Positions 44,948 through 56,499 of a stretch of DNA of 64,000 nucleotides are shown one piece after another (positions within the stretch are counted from its first letter, which is position 1; every line of letters starts with the position of its first letter). A model generated the notes under the pieces. The model made no database searches and had not been told where the DNA came from. It saw nothing but the letters and a program-made list of their open reading frames with translations. Source of the stretch: Craspedostauros australis (taxonomy: Eukaryota); the NCBI GenBank assembly GCA_030167865.1, contig JALAGF010005569.1:1-64000 (forward strand), in the 5' to 3' direction. The position numbers were made by a program, and so were the translations under genes.

Positions 44948-45752
44948 CGTGAAGACATCATTCATGTTCTCCAAACCCCAAACTACCCTGCAACTGTCGG
45001 CCGAGAACAACAACAGCGCTTCTAAATTGCCGTTCTGGTTGGATCCGGGCACACGCGGTGGCGCCATCGTGCTCAGCGTCCTGCTCTTCGTCGTTCCCAT
45101 CATCGTCTACGCCGTCCTCACATCGCCCCTCTTCGGTCTCGATGGCATCGAAGTGGGCAAGTACATCGGCATTGGGTTCACCTTCATCCTCACCATCCTG
45201 TGGGTGGCCACCTACATCTTCCGAGTCGCCACGAAGGATATGACGTATGTGAGTATAGCAGAACAGAACATAGCAGAACAGAACATAATGGAGATGAACA
45301 TCATGGAGCAGAGGAGAGTGAGCATTCTACTCCACTCTATCCGGGCGACAAAGACAATATTGCGCATGACACCATGTTGAAAGCCATGCGCCATGGTATG
45401 GCTCATTGGAAGATTGCTGGCAGGCAATCGTCACATGCCGTGCCTCCATTCCGAACTTGTTTAGTAACTCATGGTTCTCACGCAGTGTGTCTCCGTCTCT
45501 CTCCCCGATCACCCAATCAACAACGAATGGAGCTTCAAACTGATACCGTCTCCCTTTGCACACACCCCTGCATGGTACACATGCCGCCACCATCCACAAC
45601 GACATCAATGACAACGGCAACGACAACAACAACGACAACAGGCCCAACAACTCAAGGACTACGAGGATGCTGTCATCTCCAAACGTCTGGAAGAACTGGA
45701 CGAAGATGAAATCCAAGCGCTCGTCGAGGAAATTGAACGCGATGAATTTTAA
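44742..45752 (+). CDS. DUF3007 family plastid membrane protein; 2 exons (44742..45248, 45642..45752)
   Basis: Signal peptide + 'VDAFVVP' transit motif; two TM helices; splicing gives TYIFRVATKDMTY|AQQLKDYEDAVISKRLEEL, the DUF3007 consensus. Confidence 0.88.
44897..44948 (+). repeat. (AAC)n coding microsatellite (poly-Asn in transit peptide)
   Basis: aacaacaat gcc (aac)x13. Confidence 0.9.
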
Positions 45753-45973
45753 ACCAACCTAGCGATGCGTCAAGTAAACTATGGTCAATGCTACTACTCG
45801 ACTCATAACTCATCCTCATACTCTCGTACCAAAAGCATGATGCAGCAGTCTGTTATCTCGTTCTCTCTCGCGATATGATAGTATTATGCTCTCACAATTG
45901 TGCCACTGCTGAATGTTGCATTATTCCTGTTCTATAATATCATTTTATTTTATACAGTACGAGTAGCACCGCA

Positions 45974-46786
45974 TTATACTGTCCGCCGAATGATCTCGGC
46001 TGTGAAGATGATGGGATGCGACACTTCGATCGTCACCACCGGCTTCATCATGCGATTGGACGTGCTCACCAGCCCACCGAACTCCATGGGAACCGTGCCA
46101 TCCAAATCCCACTGCAACCCATCCGTCACGATCGTCTCGCACTTCATCGCCAGCGGAATCAAACCACACGTGGGACCTTCTCCCACAGCCAGTGATGGAA
46201 TCGCCGACGTCGGATTGTCCTCCGTCTGCTGGCCACCATAAAAGGGCAACGAGACTTCGCATTTGCGATTGGGCGGGATCAGCACGGCGCAGGTTTCCTC
46301 GTTGTACAGGTAAAGCACCGCAGCGTCGCTCTCCTCCTGCTGCTGCTTCTCCGCATCGCACCACGCGTACAGCGCTTGAAAGGCCGCCATCTCCTGATCG
46401 AATCGACCGCCGAAAGCGCCGTAAACGTAAACGGCATCGAGCGGCGATGCGCCAAATACCCGCGTCAAGGATTTGTCCAGATCGTTGGCATCCTGACACG
46501 GATCCAGTTCGATCGACACACCGTGCGTCGTGTACAACTCGCGCACGTCCTGTCGCAGCGAATCCAAATCGCCGCAGACGCAGTCGGGAATCAGCTTGGC
46601 GTTATGATCGTGCAGCCGGTTGGCACCGCCATCGGCGCAGATGCGGTAGCGTGTCGCATGCCACAGTTTGTCAAAGACGGGGCTGTCGTGGGGCGCTGGT
46701 ATCGGGGTGTTCAACACGACGAGGGCGGCTGTCGTCGTGGTGGGCGCCAGGAAGGGGCTCGTCAATCGCAGTGCCTTGCCGCTCAT
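45974..46786 (-). CDS. TPK1: Thiamine pyrophosphokinase
   Basis: ICADGGANRL, PD.VCGDLDS, QDANDLDKSL, GAFGGRFDQ, GPTCGLIP, TDGLQWDL..MEFGGLVSTSN. Confidence 0.95.
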   Translation of the reverse strand: MSGKALRLTSPFLAPTTTTAALVVLNTPIPAPHDSPVFDKLWHATRYRICADGGANRLHDHNAKLIPDCVCGDLDSLRQDVRELYTTHGVSIELDPCQDANDLDKSLTRVFGASPLDAVYVYGAFGGRFDQEMAAFQALYAWCDAEKQQQEESDAAVLYLYNEETCAVLIPPNRKCEVSLPFYGGQQTEDNPTSAIPSLAVGEGPTCGLIPLAMKCETIVTDGLQWDLDGTVPMEFGGLVSTSNRMMKPVVTIEVSHPIIFTAEIIRRTV

Positions 46787-47348
46787 TGTGACGTGCTCTG
46801 TGGATGCTGTGAAGGGAGCCGCGGATTCGGGAAGGAGCAGCAGTGACAGCACCAGCAGCAACAGCGATTGCTGTTTGCAAAGGCGTGGAATGGTTGCGAC
46901 GGCAGTGGCTGTTCCAGCTGATCGCAGGTGGTCCTCTCCAACAAGTTGACGCAATCGGATGTCCGTAATGTAGTGGTGAGATATTGTAGTCGTACGATCT
47001 TGGATTGGGATATGGTGATCGGAAGAAGGAAGCTGAGCAGAAGAGGCAGCCGACGCTTGCGCGCTATCGATTGCTTCGCGCAGAACGGAACACCACAGAA
47101 AAGGACGCAACAAGGGTGGCGCCTCTGTGTTGTACGACTAAAAGATCTTCTCCGTATCTTCGCCCTCGGTTTTTCGAGTTCGCTCGTCTGTCTGTCTGTC
47201 TTTGCCCATGCCTGCTCTAACAGATGGAAACTAGAGAGAGAGAGAGAATACCAGCACTCTCCAACTCATGGTCGTCTCGAAACGCCATCAAGCTGACTCT
47301 ATTTCGATTTAGTTTCATGCAGTTTGCTTGGTTGCTTTTTTATGTAGT

Positions 47349-49613
47349 TCAGACATCTGTATTTAGCAATGGAAAGATACGCATTGGGTGTGCCTCCGTA
47401 TTGAAGACATGCTGAAGTGGAGGATTGGGGAGTATCACATGTGCGATTGTGCGTTTGTGTTCGTGGTGTTTCATGGTGGCCAGTGGGAAGTCAACAGAGA
47501 GAGAGAGAGAACATCGAGAGATTGTGTGAGTTGGGGAACATCGTGTTCCGACTCGTAGCTGCAGCAACACGAAGAACCATATTCACATCAGCACTCCTAC
47601 CATCGCCACCGCCACCGCCACCGCCAATGCAATCGTTATCGTTATCGCTATCATCGCACAGAGAGGCACAGCAATACGAGTCCATGTACTCACCTTGTTC
47701 AGCAAATCGATCTCGGTCTCGGGATCAAACAGCAGATACAGGTACTTGACTGTTTCCGCCAAGAAGAAAGATTCCATCTTGTTGCGCGGAGGATGCATGG
47801 TGTCGGCGACGGATTTCAATTCACCGTAGCCACCGTTGGTACGACAGTACCGCTCGATGGCCTGGAAGACTTCCCATCCCCATTCCCGGTACACGGGGTC
47901 TTTCGTGAGATGGTGCAGAATGAAGAAGCTCTCCACGGTCTCCGGCCGCAACAAGTAATGCGGCGCACCGCCACCGATGCGAAAGTCTTGCCCTTCCACG
48001 AATTGGACGAATTCCGGAGAGATGCCCGTGTTCATTCGGGCGTACATTTGGTAGCAGGTGTAGGTCAGCGCCTTGCCCGTCTTCAAATCGCGCTGGGCGC
48101 GTTCCGACTCCAATCCCAACGGATCGGTGTACGCGCCAAGGGCCAAAAGCCCGCCCATGAAGCAGACCAGGTGATCCATCTTAGTGTCGTACCGTCCACC
48201 ATTCTTGTCGGCGATGAAGACCAGTCCAGATGGCGTCGAGACTTGCAGAAGCTCATCGTGCATGCCCTGGATGGCGAGGTCGTACATGTCGCGGTACTTG
48301 GACTCCACCTTGCCGCCCTGCAGCCAGATCTTGAGCATGTACTCGTAGAAGGAATCCGACATGGCACCGAAGGTGAGCTTCTGATTGCCGAACGTGGGCG
48401 GCGATCCCTCGTGCGTGCGCACCATGTAGGGATAGAGGCCGTTGGGCGGTTGCATCTTGCGCAGAATCTCAAAGGCGTTGTCAGCTTTGGTGGCGTATTC
48501 CTCGTACCCCGTGACCTTGGCGAGCATGCGGAATTCCAGCTGCAAGGTGCCGGCTTCGGCAGTGAGGATGGAGCCGCCAGTCCAGCCGATGCGGTTGGTC
48601 TGACCCGTGGCCAAGGTGATCTGGCTGTTGGGCAGGCCGGATGGCGTGTTGAAGGCCTTGGCGAGCTTGGAACCCAGCTCGTCGGCCTTGCTCTTGAAGA
48701 TCTCGTCACCGGACCAATCGTAGGCCGCCAGCAACCCTCCCAGACTGCGAATAGTGGTCTCGAAGACGCTCTGCGGTCTCGTGACTTGGAAGCTAGTGTG
48801 CTTGGCGACGTACTTCTTCGCCTCCTCGAACTCCTCGTGCATGCCCATCAGCCACAGTGTGTCCAAGGAATCGAGCAACGTCGTACCCTGGCCGCCCCAC
48901 CCATTGGAGCCGGCCATGGAGACCGGCAGGAGCTCGTCCATTCCGAAGGCATGCGCGTGGTAATTTCCCCACGCATGCTTCATGGCCCGCTTGATGAAGT
49001 ACCGACGCGTGCGTGCCACTTCATCGGAATCGGTGGGTCCGTAGGTGTATGGCGAATCGCCGAATCTGTATTCCTCAAAGCGACTGCCACCTGGCGCCGT
49101 GAAGGTGGAGAAGTCGTGATCTTCCGACACCGCGTCTCCAATGTAGGGCGTGGTGCCGAATGTGCCGATGGTCGCGGTGTGGCCCAAGAAGGCTTCTTTC
49201 GTGGTGCCCAGATTCTTGATGAGAGCCGCGATTTCGGTGTTGGCATGCTTGTTGTTGCCACCGAGGTGCTTGGAGATGAGCTTGGGGATCTTGGCCCCCT
49301 TCTCCTTGATGACCCTCTCGCCGAATTTGATTGCGCTGACCACCTTGGCCTCGGCGTTGCGCACGCGTGTGACGGCCTGCTTGGACTTTCCGCGCAGCAG
49401 ATTCGCCACGCTGGCGTCAGCTCCGTCGCCCTCTGCGTTGAGGGCCTGCGCTGATGCTTCCGGCGATCCGAAGAAGAGGAATCCGATCATGAGACCGCCG
49501 ATGAGCCCAAATCCGATCAAGATGAGACCGCCAAGGATCTTCTGGATGAATTGCTGGCTGCTTCCGCCAGCCCCCTTCGTGCCGCGTCTGCGTCGCAATG
49601 ATTGGGGCGCCAT
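47349..49613 (-). CDS. Class I alpha-1,2-mannosidase (GH47), type II membrane; 2 exons (49613..47694, 47411..47349)
   Basis: HAW..Y..HAFGMDELLP, TLLDSLDTL, SVFETTIRSLGGLL, AEAGTLQLEF, DSFYEYMLK, MDHLVCF, LRPETVES, MESFFLAETVKYLYLLF; the terminal exon supplies HVFNTEAHP. Confidence 0.96.
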
Positions 49614-50733
49614 GGTCGCTTCTATCTATCCTTCTATTGTGTCGTCTGATATGCTGTGCTGTGCTATGGGTTATGCGATGAGTGCTGAGTGCTGAGTGCT
49701 GAGATGGACCGACTCCTCGTACGATCGTTCGTATTGTTGATGTCCGGTTGCAGCGCAAGACTGAAAGTGTACAAAGTGGCAATGAATGTGACGATAAATG
49801 CCACACTAAATGCCACGATCAATGAATGAGCAGAGCAACGAGGAATGGACTTTTGGGAGCAATGATGTGTTCACAGCCGAAACGCAGCTTTCACGATTTG
49901 CTTCCGCCGCGTGATCGTCGTCGTCGTCGTTGCTGCTGTTGCTATGGGTGACTGCAGGTGTCGTCTGGTGCTGCTTGGTGTGTATAGTAGTCGTGTCGGC
50001 TTCGATGGAGGATGGCCCATTGTCGATGGACGGCTGTGAAGATCGTGGCTTGGCACGGATTCTGCTCTCTCATCCCTGATGTTCAGTTTCGCGCGTTGTT
50101 TTGGCGAGAAACAGCCACAACAGTCATTCATGAGACACAACAACGAGAAAAGGGAACAACAAAATCGTTTGTTGCGAAATCGAATGGTTCGTACGAGTCG
50201 GATGTTGAGAAAAAACTGACTGATCTGACCACGACACAGTCGATTCAACCTCATGATCAACACGAGTCGGCATTCGCCAAACGAGACGAAAAGAGAGGGC
50301 GGATCAGACAGAGAAAAAGATCGCGCCACCAGCCCACCAACACATCAAATGCTTCGCGGAAACAAGAAGAAACGTCGCGTTGAGAAGATCCAGGATTTAT
50401 CGGTGTGACCTCGTCGGTTCGCATCGCACCAACGCCCTTGCTATCTTCAACAAGTTCTCCTCTCTTCGTTGGATCAATCCTTCTCTCGTCATTCACTCTC
50501 TCGAAGTATCAAAGGATCAAACATACGATCTGCACCATCAGACAGACTTGCACCACAGCACGAACATCGGGGCCAACCACTAAACGGGTAGGAGGACGAC
50601 ACATGCCCGTAGTATTAATCAAGAGCATCGAAGCGATTCCAATACAACGGGGCATCGAAAGCACAAGAGAGGATTGAGCAACGGCACCGACCTTGCTCTC
50701 ATAACCAACGAACGAATACTCGCACGCATCACC

Positions 50734-52269
50734 ATGAGACTTTCCATCCTCTCCTTCGCGGCATGCGCCGCGTGCATGACCCATGCGTGGCAACCAACCG
50801 CGACGGTGCAGTCATCGGCATTCGTCCAAGCGCGTGGAGGAGTCGCAGACAATGCTGCTGCTCCTTCTTCTTCCACGGCATTGCGCATGGGCATCGGATC
50901 GGGCGCTCGACGTATCCGCGATTCCATCTTCAGCAAGGAGCGCAGCCGTGAAGATCTCAAGATCGGCATTGCAGGGTTCTACGATCGTTCTTCCAAGCTC
51001 TGGGAAGAGGTTTGGGGTGAAGTGAGTTGCAAACGTAACATGCGCATGCGTATGTGTATGAATGTGGTTGTGGCTATGGAATGGGAGTGCACATGCACAT
51101 GCATGTTAATGCTCATTGGCTCCAGAATCGTACTGCATCAATCTGTTTGCTTGGCTGTGCTGGGCTCTCCTCTCAAGCATTATATAATACATACGATCGC
51201 CTAACTCACGCGCACTCCATTGGCCCCATCGCTTCCATCCCGATTCATTCTCTTCCCGTTTCACCTTCCAGCATATGCACCACGGATACTACATCCCCGA
51301 GGATCGCACGGACCACGTGCAAGCGCAGATCGATTTGATCGATGAGGTCCTCAAATGGTCAGGCGTAGAGGATGCCACGTCTGTCGTTGATGTGGGTTGT
51401 GGAATCGGCGGAAGTTCCAGGCACATTGCCAGCAAATTCAACTGCAAAGCGCAAGGCATTACCCTGAGCCCCTACCAGGCCAACCGCGGGAACGAGCTGG
51501 CCAAGGAACAAGGGTTGGCAGGGCAGACCTCGTTTCAGGTGAGACAATGAATTCGATATTGGTCGTGTTGTTTGCAGTGTGCTGCTTGCAATGTATGGTT
51601 GATGATGCGATGGAGGGCAATGATAGATGCAGCTTTCACAGGCTATCACAACGATTTAACGCGGTGGCTCTCACATTCCAACTAACGTTGCTCTATTCTG
51701 CTCTGCTGCAATGTAACCTTCTATGTACTCCATCACATTCGACGTGATCGTTGATGTTGCAGGTCGCCGATGCGTTGGACATGCCGTTCGAGGACAACTC
51801 CTTCGACTTGGTCTGGAGTCTGGAAAGCGGCGAGCATATGCCAGACAAGACGCAGTTCATCAACGAACTCTTCCGCGTCGCCGCCCCGGGCGGTCGCATC
51901 ATCATCGTCACATGGTGCCACCGTGATTTGGAGGCCGACGAGACCGAATTGACCAAAAAGGAAAAACGATTGTTGGCGAAGATCAACCGCGCGTATTACC
52001 TCCCGCGATGGTGCAGCGTGAAGGATTACGTGGACATCCTGGAGGAGAAGGGAATGCAAGACATCCGACGTGAGGATTGGTCGTACATCATCGCGCCATT
52101 CTGGAAGGCCGTCATCAAGAGCAGCCTTAACTTCAAGTCGGTGTTTGGGCTGGTCAAGAGCGGATTCTCCACTCAGCGTGGTGCCTACGCCATGTTCCTC
52201 ATGTTGAGGGGGTTCAACAAGGGACTGATCAAGTTCGGCCTCATCACGTGCACCAAGCCGAAGGCGTAA
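50734..52269 (+). CDS. VTE4: Gamma-tocopherol methyltransferase, plastid-targeted; 3 exons (50734..51021, 51272..51538, 51763..52269)
   Basis: IAGFYDRSSKLWEEVWGE|HMHHGYY, VDVGCGIGGSSR, GITLSPYQA, Q|VADAL.MPF.DNSFDLVWSLESGEHMPDK, PGGRIIIVTWCHR. Canonical phase-0 introns; presequence ..THAWQP. Confidence 0.95.
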
Positions 52270-52527
52270 TTCCGTGGCATTGCGTCGCTTCGCATGACCT
52301 GTACGATCTCCCGCGTGTTTGCAGCACTCAAATCTAGCTCATCCTATGGCAGTGCCTTCATTGCCTTCCATTCCTATGTACCATGCGAAGCCTCTGGACA
52401 ACACAAGCCTCTTCAGAGTGTGCCGATGTAAACAACATTACTCTACCTAAGTCCTTTCTTATTCGTCCTTTCCTATTTGTGCACGCACTGTGCCAGAGTA
52501 CTATTGTATGAGTTCTATGCTTTTTCT

Positions 52528-53865
52528 TTAGATGCCACCTCCCAAATAGATCTCCGGATCGATGTTGTACTGTCGCATGTCTTCCTCCAGCACTGTCTTG
52601 GGCAGCACATCCGAATTGAGCCCATGCCCCTCCATCTCGATGCGGAACATCTCCGACACATCGTCGTGCGGCTTGCCATCATCGAACAGGATGAGCTGCC
52701 CGCGTTCAAACTCAATCCACTCCTCTTCGTACGTCAACGGCGCCGTCGCGATGACGGCGACGCGATCCTGATCCGTCGTGAGGACGGAGAAATCGACGGA
52801 GTAGTCGATATCTTGTAGTTGGCAATGCTGCGTGAAGGGATGCTGCCGCACGGTGTAGTACAGGCCATTCCAGACCTTGCTACCGGGACGGCTGCCGGGC
52901 CACGAGTACGCGAACTGCGTGTACTGGCCGCACGTGAGGAGGAAGTTGAAGATGGTGCCGTCGGGATCGTGAACCACAATTTCGTTGGCCAGCGATTGGA
53001 TCGCCTCATACAGGACAGGCAGGCGTGGCAGAGTCTGGAATTTGGATCGCAAGGCGTTGAGGATGGAGCAGAAGGCTGCTTCGGAATCGGTCGTGCCGAT
53101 TGGGGAGTAGTACGCCTCTACGGTACAAGTATGTGCGTCCTCGTCGTCGTCATCAATGAGACTCGTCAACTGTTGCAACGTGCTCGTCCTGGATTTGGCG
53201 CCCTCCGAGCCATCCGAATTGTCGCTGCCATTCGTCTGCTCGTGCTGCTTGAAGTACGGCACTTCCCCGTTGTGGCAGAAGCACCATTGCATGCCCCACA
53301 TTTCCCTCGAAAAGGGATGCACGTTGGCGAGATCGACGTTGCCCACCGTCGCGTACCGGATGTGCCCCATCATGTTGAGCGTCCGGATGGGGTTTCTGCT
53401 CAAGTAATCCGCCAAGGAAGACGTCGCGGCGGCTTCCACATCATGGAACTGCCGCAAGCCCTTGTCCTGGTAGAAGGCGATGCCCCATCCATCGGAATGA
53501 ATGTCGGTGCCACCGCCGCGACGGTGGAAGCCTTGCAGGCTGAAGGTGAAGTCGGTCGGTGTGGCGCAGTTCATGCCGAGGAGTTGGCATTGCAGTTGCG
53601 TCGCTGTGCTTGGACCTTTCGTGGCAGCAGCTGTGTGTCTCTGAGACGATTGCTGTTGCCTTCGTCGGCCTTCTGAACGTGCCGTCGACGAGACATCTTC
53701 CGATGATGGCTGTGCTGCGATTGGAGACAGTGGGACGATGGAAAAGGCCGATGCCGAATGTAGATGGAGGTCCAGCGATAGCAGCAGCACCAGCGACACC
53801 GCCGGCACCAGCAGGAGGAGGTTGTTGGTCCCGCCTCTCCTTCTCTGCGGAACGTGCAAGGTCAT
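52528..53865 (-). CDS. Class II glutamine amidotransferase / Ntn amidohydrolase of the YafJ-DUG3-EgtC (GATase_4) type with bipartite plastid presequence
   Basis: CQLLGMNCATPTDFTFS, RGGGTDIHSDGWGIAFY, GHIRYATVG..LANVHPFSRE.WG..W.FCHNG, GTTDSEAAFC, VIATAPLT..EEW; signal peptide followed by SASAFSI. Confidence 0.92.
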   Translation of the reverse strand: MTLHVPQRRRGGTNNLLLLVPAVSLVLLLSLDLHLHSASAFSIVPLSPIAAQPSSEDVSSTARSEGRRRQQQSSQRHTAAATKGPSTATQLQCQLLGMNCATPTDFTFSLQGFHRRGGGTDIHSDGWGIAFYQDKGLRQFHDVEAAATSSLADYLSRNPIRTLNMMGHIRYATVGNVDLANVHPFSREMWGMQWCFCHNGEVPYFKQHEQTNGSDNSDGSEGAKSRTSTLQQLTSLIDDDDEDAHTCTVEAYYSPIGTTDSEAAFCSILNALRSKFQTLPRLPVLYEAIQSLANEIVVHDPDGTIFNFLLTCGQYTQFAYSWPGSRPGSKVWNGLYYTVRQHPFTQHCQLQDIDYSVDFSVLTTDQDRVAVIATAPLTYEEEWIEFERGQLILFDDGKPHDDVSEMFRIEMEGHGLNSDVLPKTVLEEDMRQYNIDPEIYLGGGI

Positions 53866-54694
53866 CGTGGAGATTGTACACGGAACGATGAATCAATGAG
53901 TAAATTGGGTGGATGGATGGATGGATGCATGTGAGAGAACCAGAGAATGAGGGTATGACCCAAGCACAGACTCTATTGTGCTGGCTGATCTGGGTGGAGG
54001 TCCCCCATGGTTGATGTTGTTGGCATCAATGGCCCACAGAGGTCTTCTCTCTTCTTTCGTGTGGTGCCATTCTGGGTGGTCATTGGTGGAGGAAGTTGAA
54101 ACGTGGACTGTACCAATCACGGTCGCTTCCGCAGACACGTTTGATCCGTCCATTCCCGTTTGATAGTGACTTGGAGGCAGCGTCGAGAAAGAAGCGCTTC
54201 CGCTGTGTCTGTCGTTGGTGCCTTTGATGGGATGATCAACGAGCAAGATGGTGCAAGAGCCATGTCGACACCAACACCACCAGCGACGATGATGGCAAAG
54301 GCGACGGCCATGGTTGACTGTCCGTCATCACTGTCATCATCACTATCATCATCATCATCATCTATTAGTTCTGGCTACAGATCCTGCGACTACGATAAGC
54401 ATGCCAATGAGAAGTTGAGGCGATGATGCTGATCGGAGAAACACGCTCAGGAACATCGGCAAAGGAGGCAGTGCTGGCAGTGGAGAAGTGATCAGTCGGA
54501 AGGGGCAAAGGCGGCTCACGCGACAGCTTCGTCGTTGGCCGTGCAGACACATGTGCGTGCGTTGATGGAGTGTTGTCTATTCTACGCAGTCCTTCCATAC
54601 GTGAGACGCCATCTTCGTCTCGCCTCGTCTCTCTACTCGTGATCGTGGTCCTGCATCATCACATACGAATACTCCACGTTCGTTGCGGTGTGCG

Positions 54695-56336
54695 ATGAAG
54701 CCATCATGCACAACAAACTCACAGCCAGGTGCTCACAGCACTCTGCGTCAACCATGCGGGAACGATGCGCTCAGCGATTCATCAAAGCAAGACAAGCGTG
54801 TTGTATCTGGCAAGCCAGCTCGATCGGCCCCGTCCACAATCACTTGGTGCCTCCTGTTGGCAGGATTGGCGTTTCTGGGTCAGGTGAGTGTTGTAGAGTA
54901 TGGTACAAATAGAGTATTATTATATTCTATATTATTCTATATGAATGATACTCGTACCATGTTCATACCCGTTCACTCTCCAGATAGAGAGTTGGACATT
55001 CCGCCTTGTCATGCTACGCGTATTACGGATAGCATGCAGTGCACGGGTATGGTGCGGAGAGTATCTCACTTGCGTTCGCCTATGCACCGACTCATTCACC
55101 CCGCTCATTGCAACTGCGCACGATCTACGAGCACACCAGACACGGCAACTTCATCAAGTCCATCAACTCAGCAAGAACACAACGCAACTTGAGAACTTGG
55201 ACCATCTGAGCACTCGTACAATGCCCCAATCGTCCATTCGAATCGAAGCTGCACAATCACGGACGGCGTTCAAATCCAACACGGCCAAGTCAAGCGCGAA
55301 CAAGCAGCATCCCGCCAACGCAATGCGGCAGCAACTTTTAGCTTCGAGCACAAGCGAGAGCACAATATTCTACAACATCTTCATCCCTCCCAATCAAACT
55401 GAAGACGCCATGAAGATCGTTGCGGAGCAGCTGGCATTTCGACAGACATCGTACCTCAGAGACGTCCCGTTGCACTATGTTCTCATTGCACCCAGCGGCA
55501 TAGACGATACTGACACGGCAACAAGCGACATTGCTAAGCGCATCCAATCCATGCCCGGCTGCGAACCATGCACCATGATCCGGCATGTAGCAGACGGGAA
55601 CGAAGAGTTGACGCTGACGCAACTTCATGAACACTGCCAACACCATCCATCCCACCGTGTAGTCTACATCCATTCCAAAGGCACATACCATCCGACCCTC
55701 AGCAATGACATCCTGCGTCGATTATCCATGCGCGCCGTCACATCCAAACAGTGCAATACTGCCAGATCCGCCTGCAATGTGTGCTCCGCCCATTTCTCCG
55801 TCTACCCGTTCTTCACCGCAACCGGCAACTTCTTCGTCGCTCAATGCCAATACGTGCAACAGCTTCTGCCACCCACAACCTACCGACAACGCAAGGATTA
55901 TTTGCATGGAATGTTGGGCACCTTCAATACGACATCATCGCCCTTGTCACAGAACTTCACGATGACGCCGCAACACCTCGAGAAGGGCAAACGGTTGATC
56001 CACTCTTCGTCTCCGTCCGCCGCGTTCCTCCAAAACTCGACACGACGCAAATCATGGATCGGTGTGGGCCGCAACGCCATGGAACATTGGGTGCATTCGC
56101 ATCCCAACGTGCAGCCCTGCGACGTGCATCCCACGTACCGTGGTGCGTACGTCCTATTGAACCGCGGCATCGAAAAGTTCCGTCCCACCGTGCTGCAGGT
56201 TCCGTCGATGCGGACGAGCAAGCACAAAGCCGAATTCGCCCCGTGGTTTCAATTGGAAGGGCGGTTGTTGGAATGGGAATGGATGTACAACGCAGTTCCG
56301 AACAACGACAGTTGGATCTACGGAGTATTACGTTGA
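54695..56336 (+). CDS. Putative type II membrane glycan-modifying/glycosyltransferase-like protein; probable intron starting at 54884 (acceptor 54983 or 55139)
   Basis: Exon 1 ends in a TM helix (TWCLLLAGLAFLGQ|GTGAGT); both candidate acceptors are in frame with the long ORF. Motifs IFYNIFIP, EELTL..L..HC, VVYIHSKG, GNFFVAQCQYV..L, R.AMEHWV. The function is inferred only. Confidence 0.65.
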
Positions 56337-56499
56337 ATTGAGACGGCAGGCGATAGACACAGCCATGGCGACAGCGGTGGTGCTGTTGGTATTTCCCACA
56401 ATAGTAGTAGTAGTAGTAGTCTGACGTGCTCTATGCTACTCTGCTCTATGAGATTCTACAGTGTTACTCCATCTACGACACCACCTACGAGTACGTACC

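Noticed and set aside
44742..53865. Possible vitamin/cofactor cluster (TPK1, VTE4, amidohydrolase, DUF3007)
   Set aside because: The pathways are unrelated, orientations are mixed and a Golgi mannosidase is interspersed; most likely chance neighbourhood.
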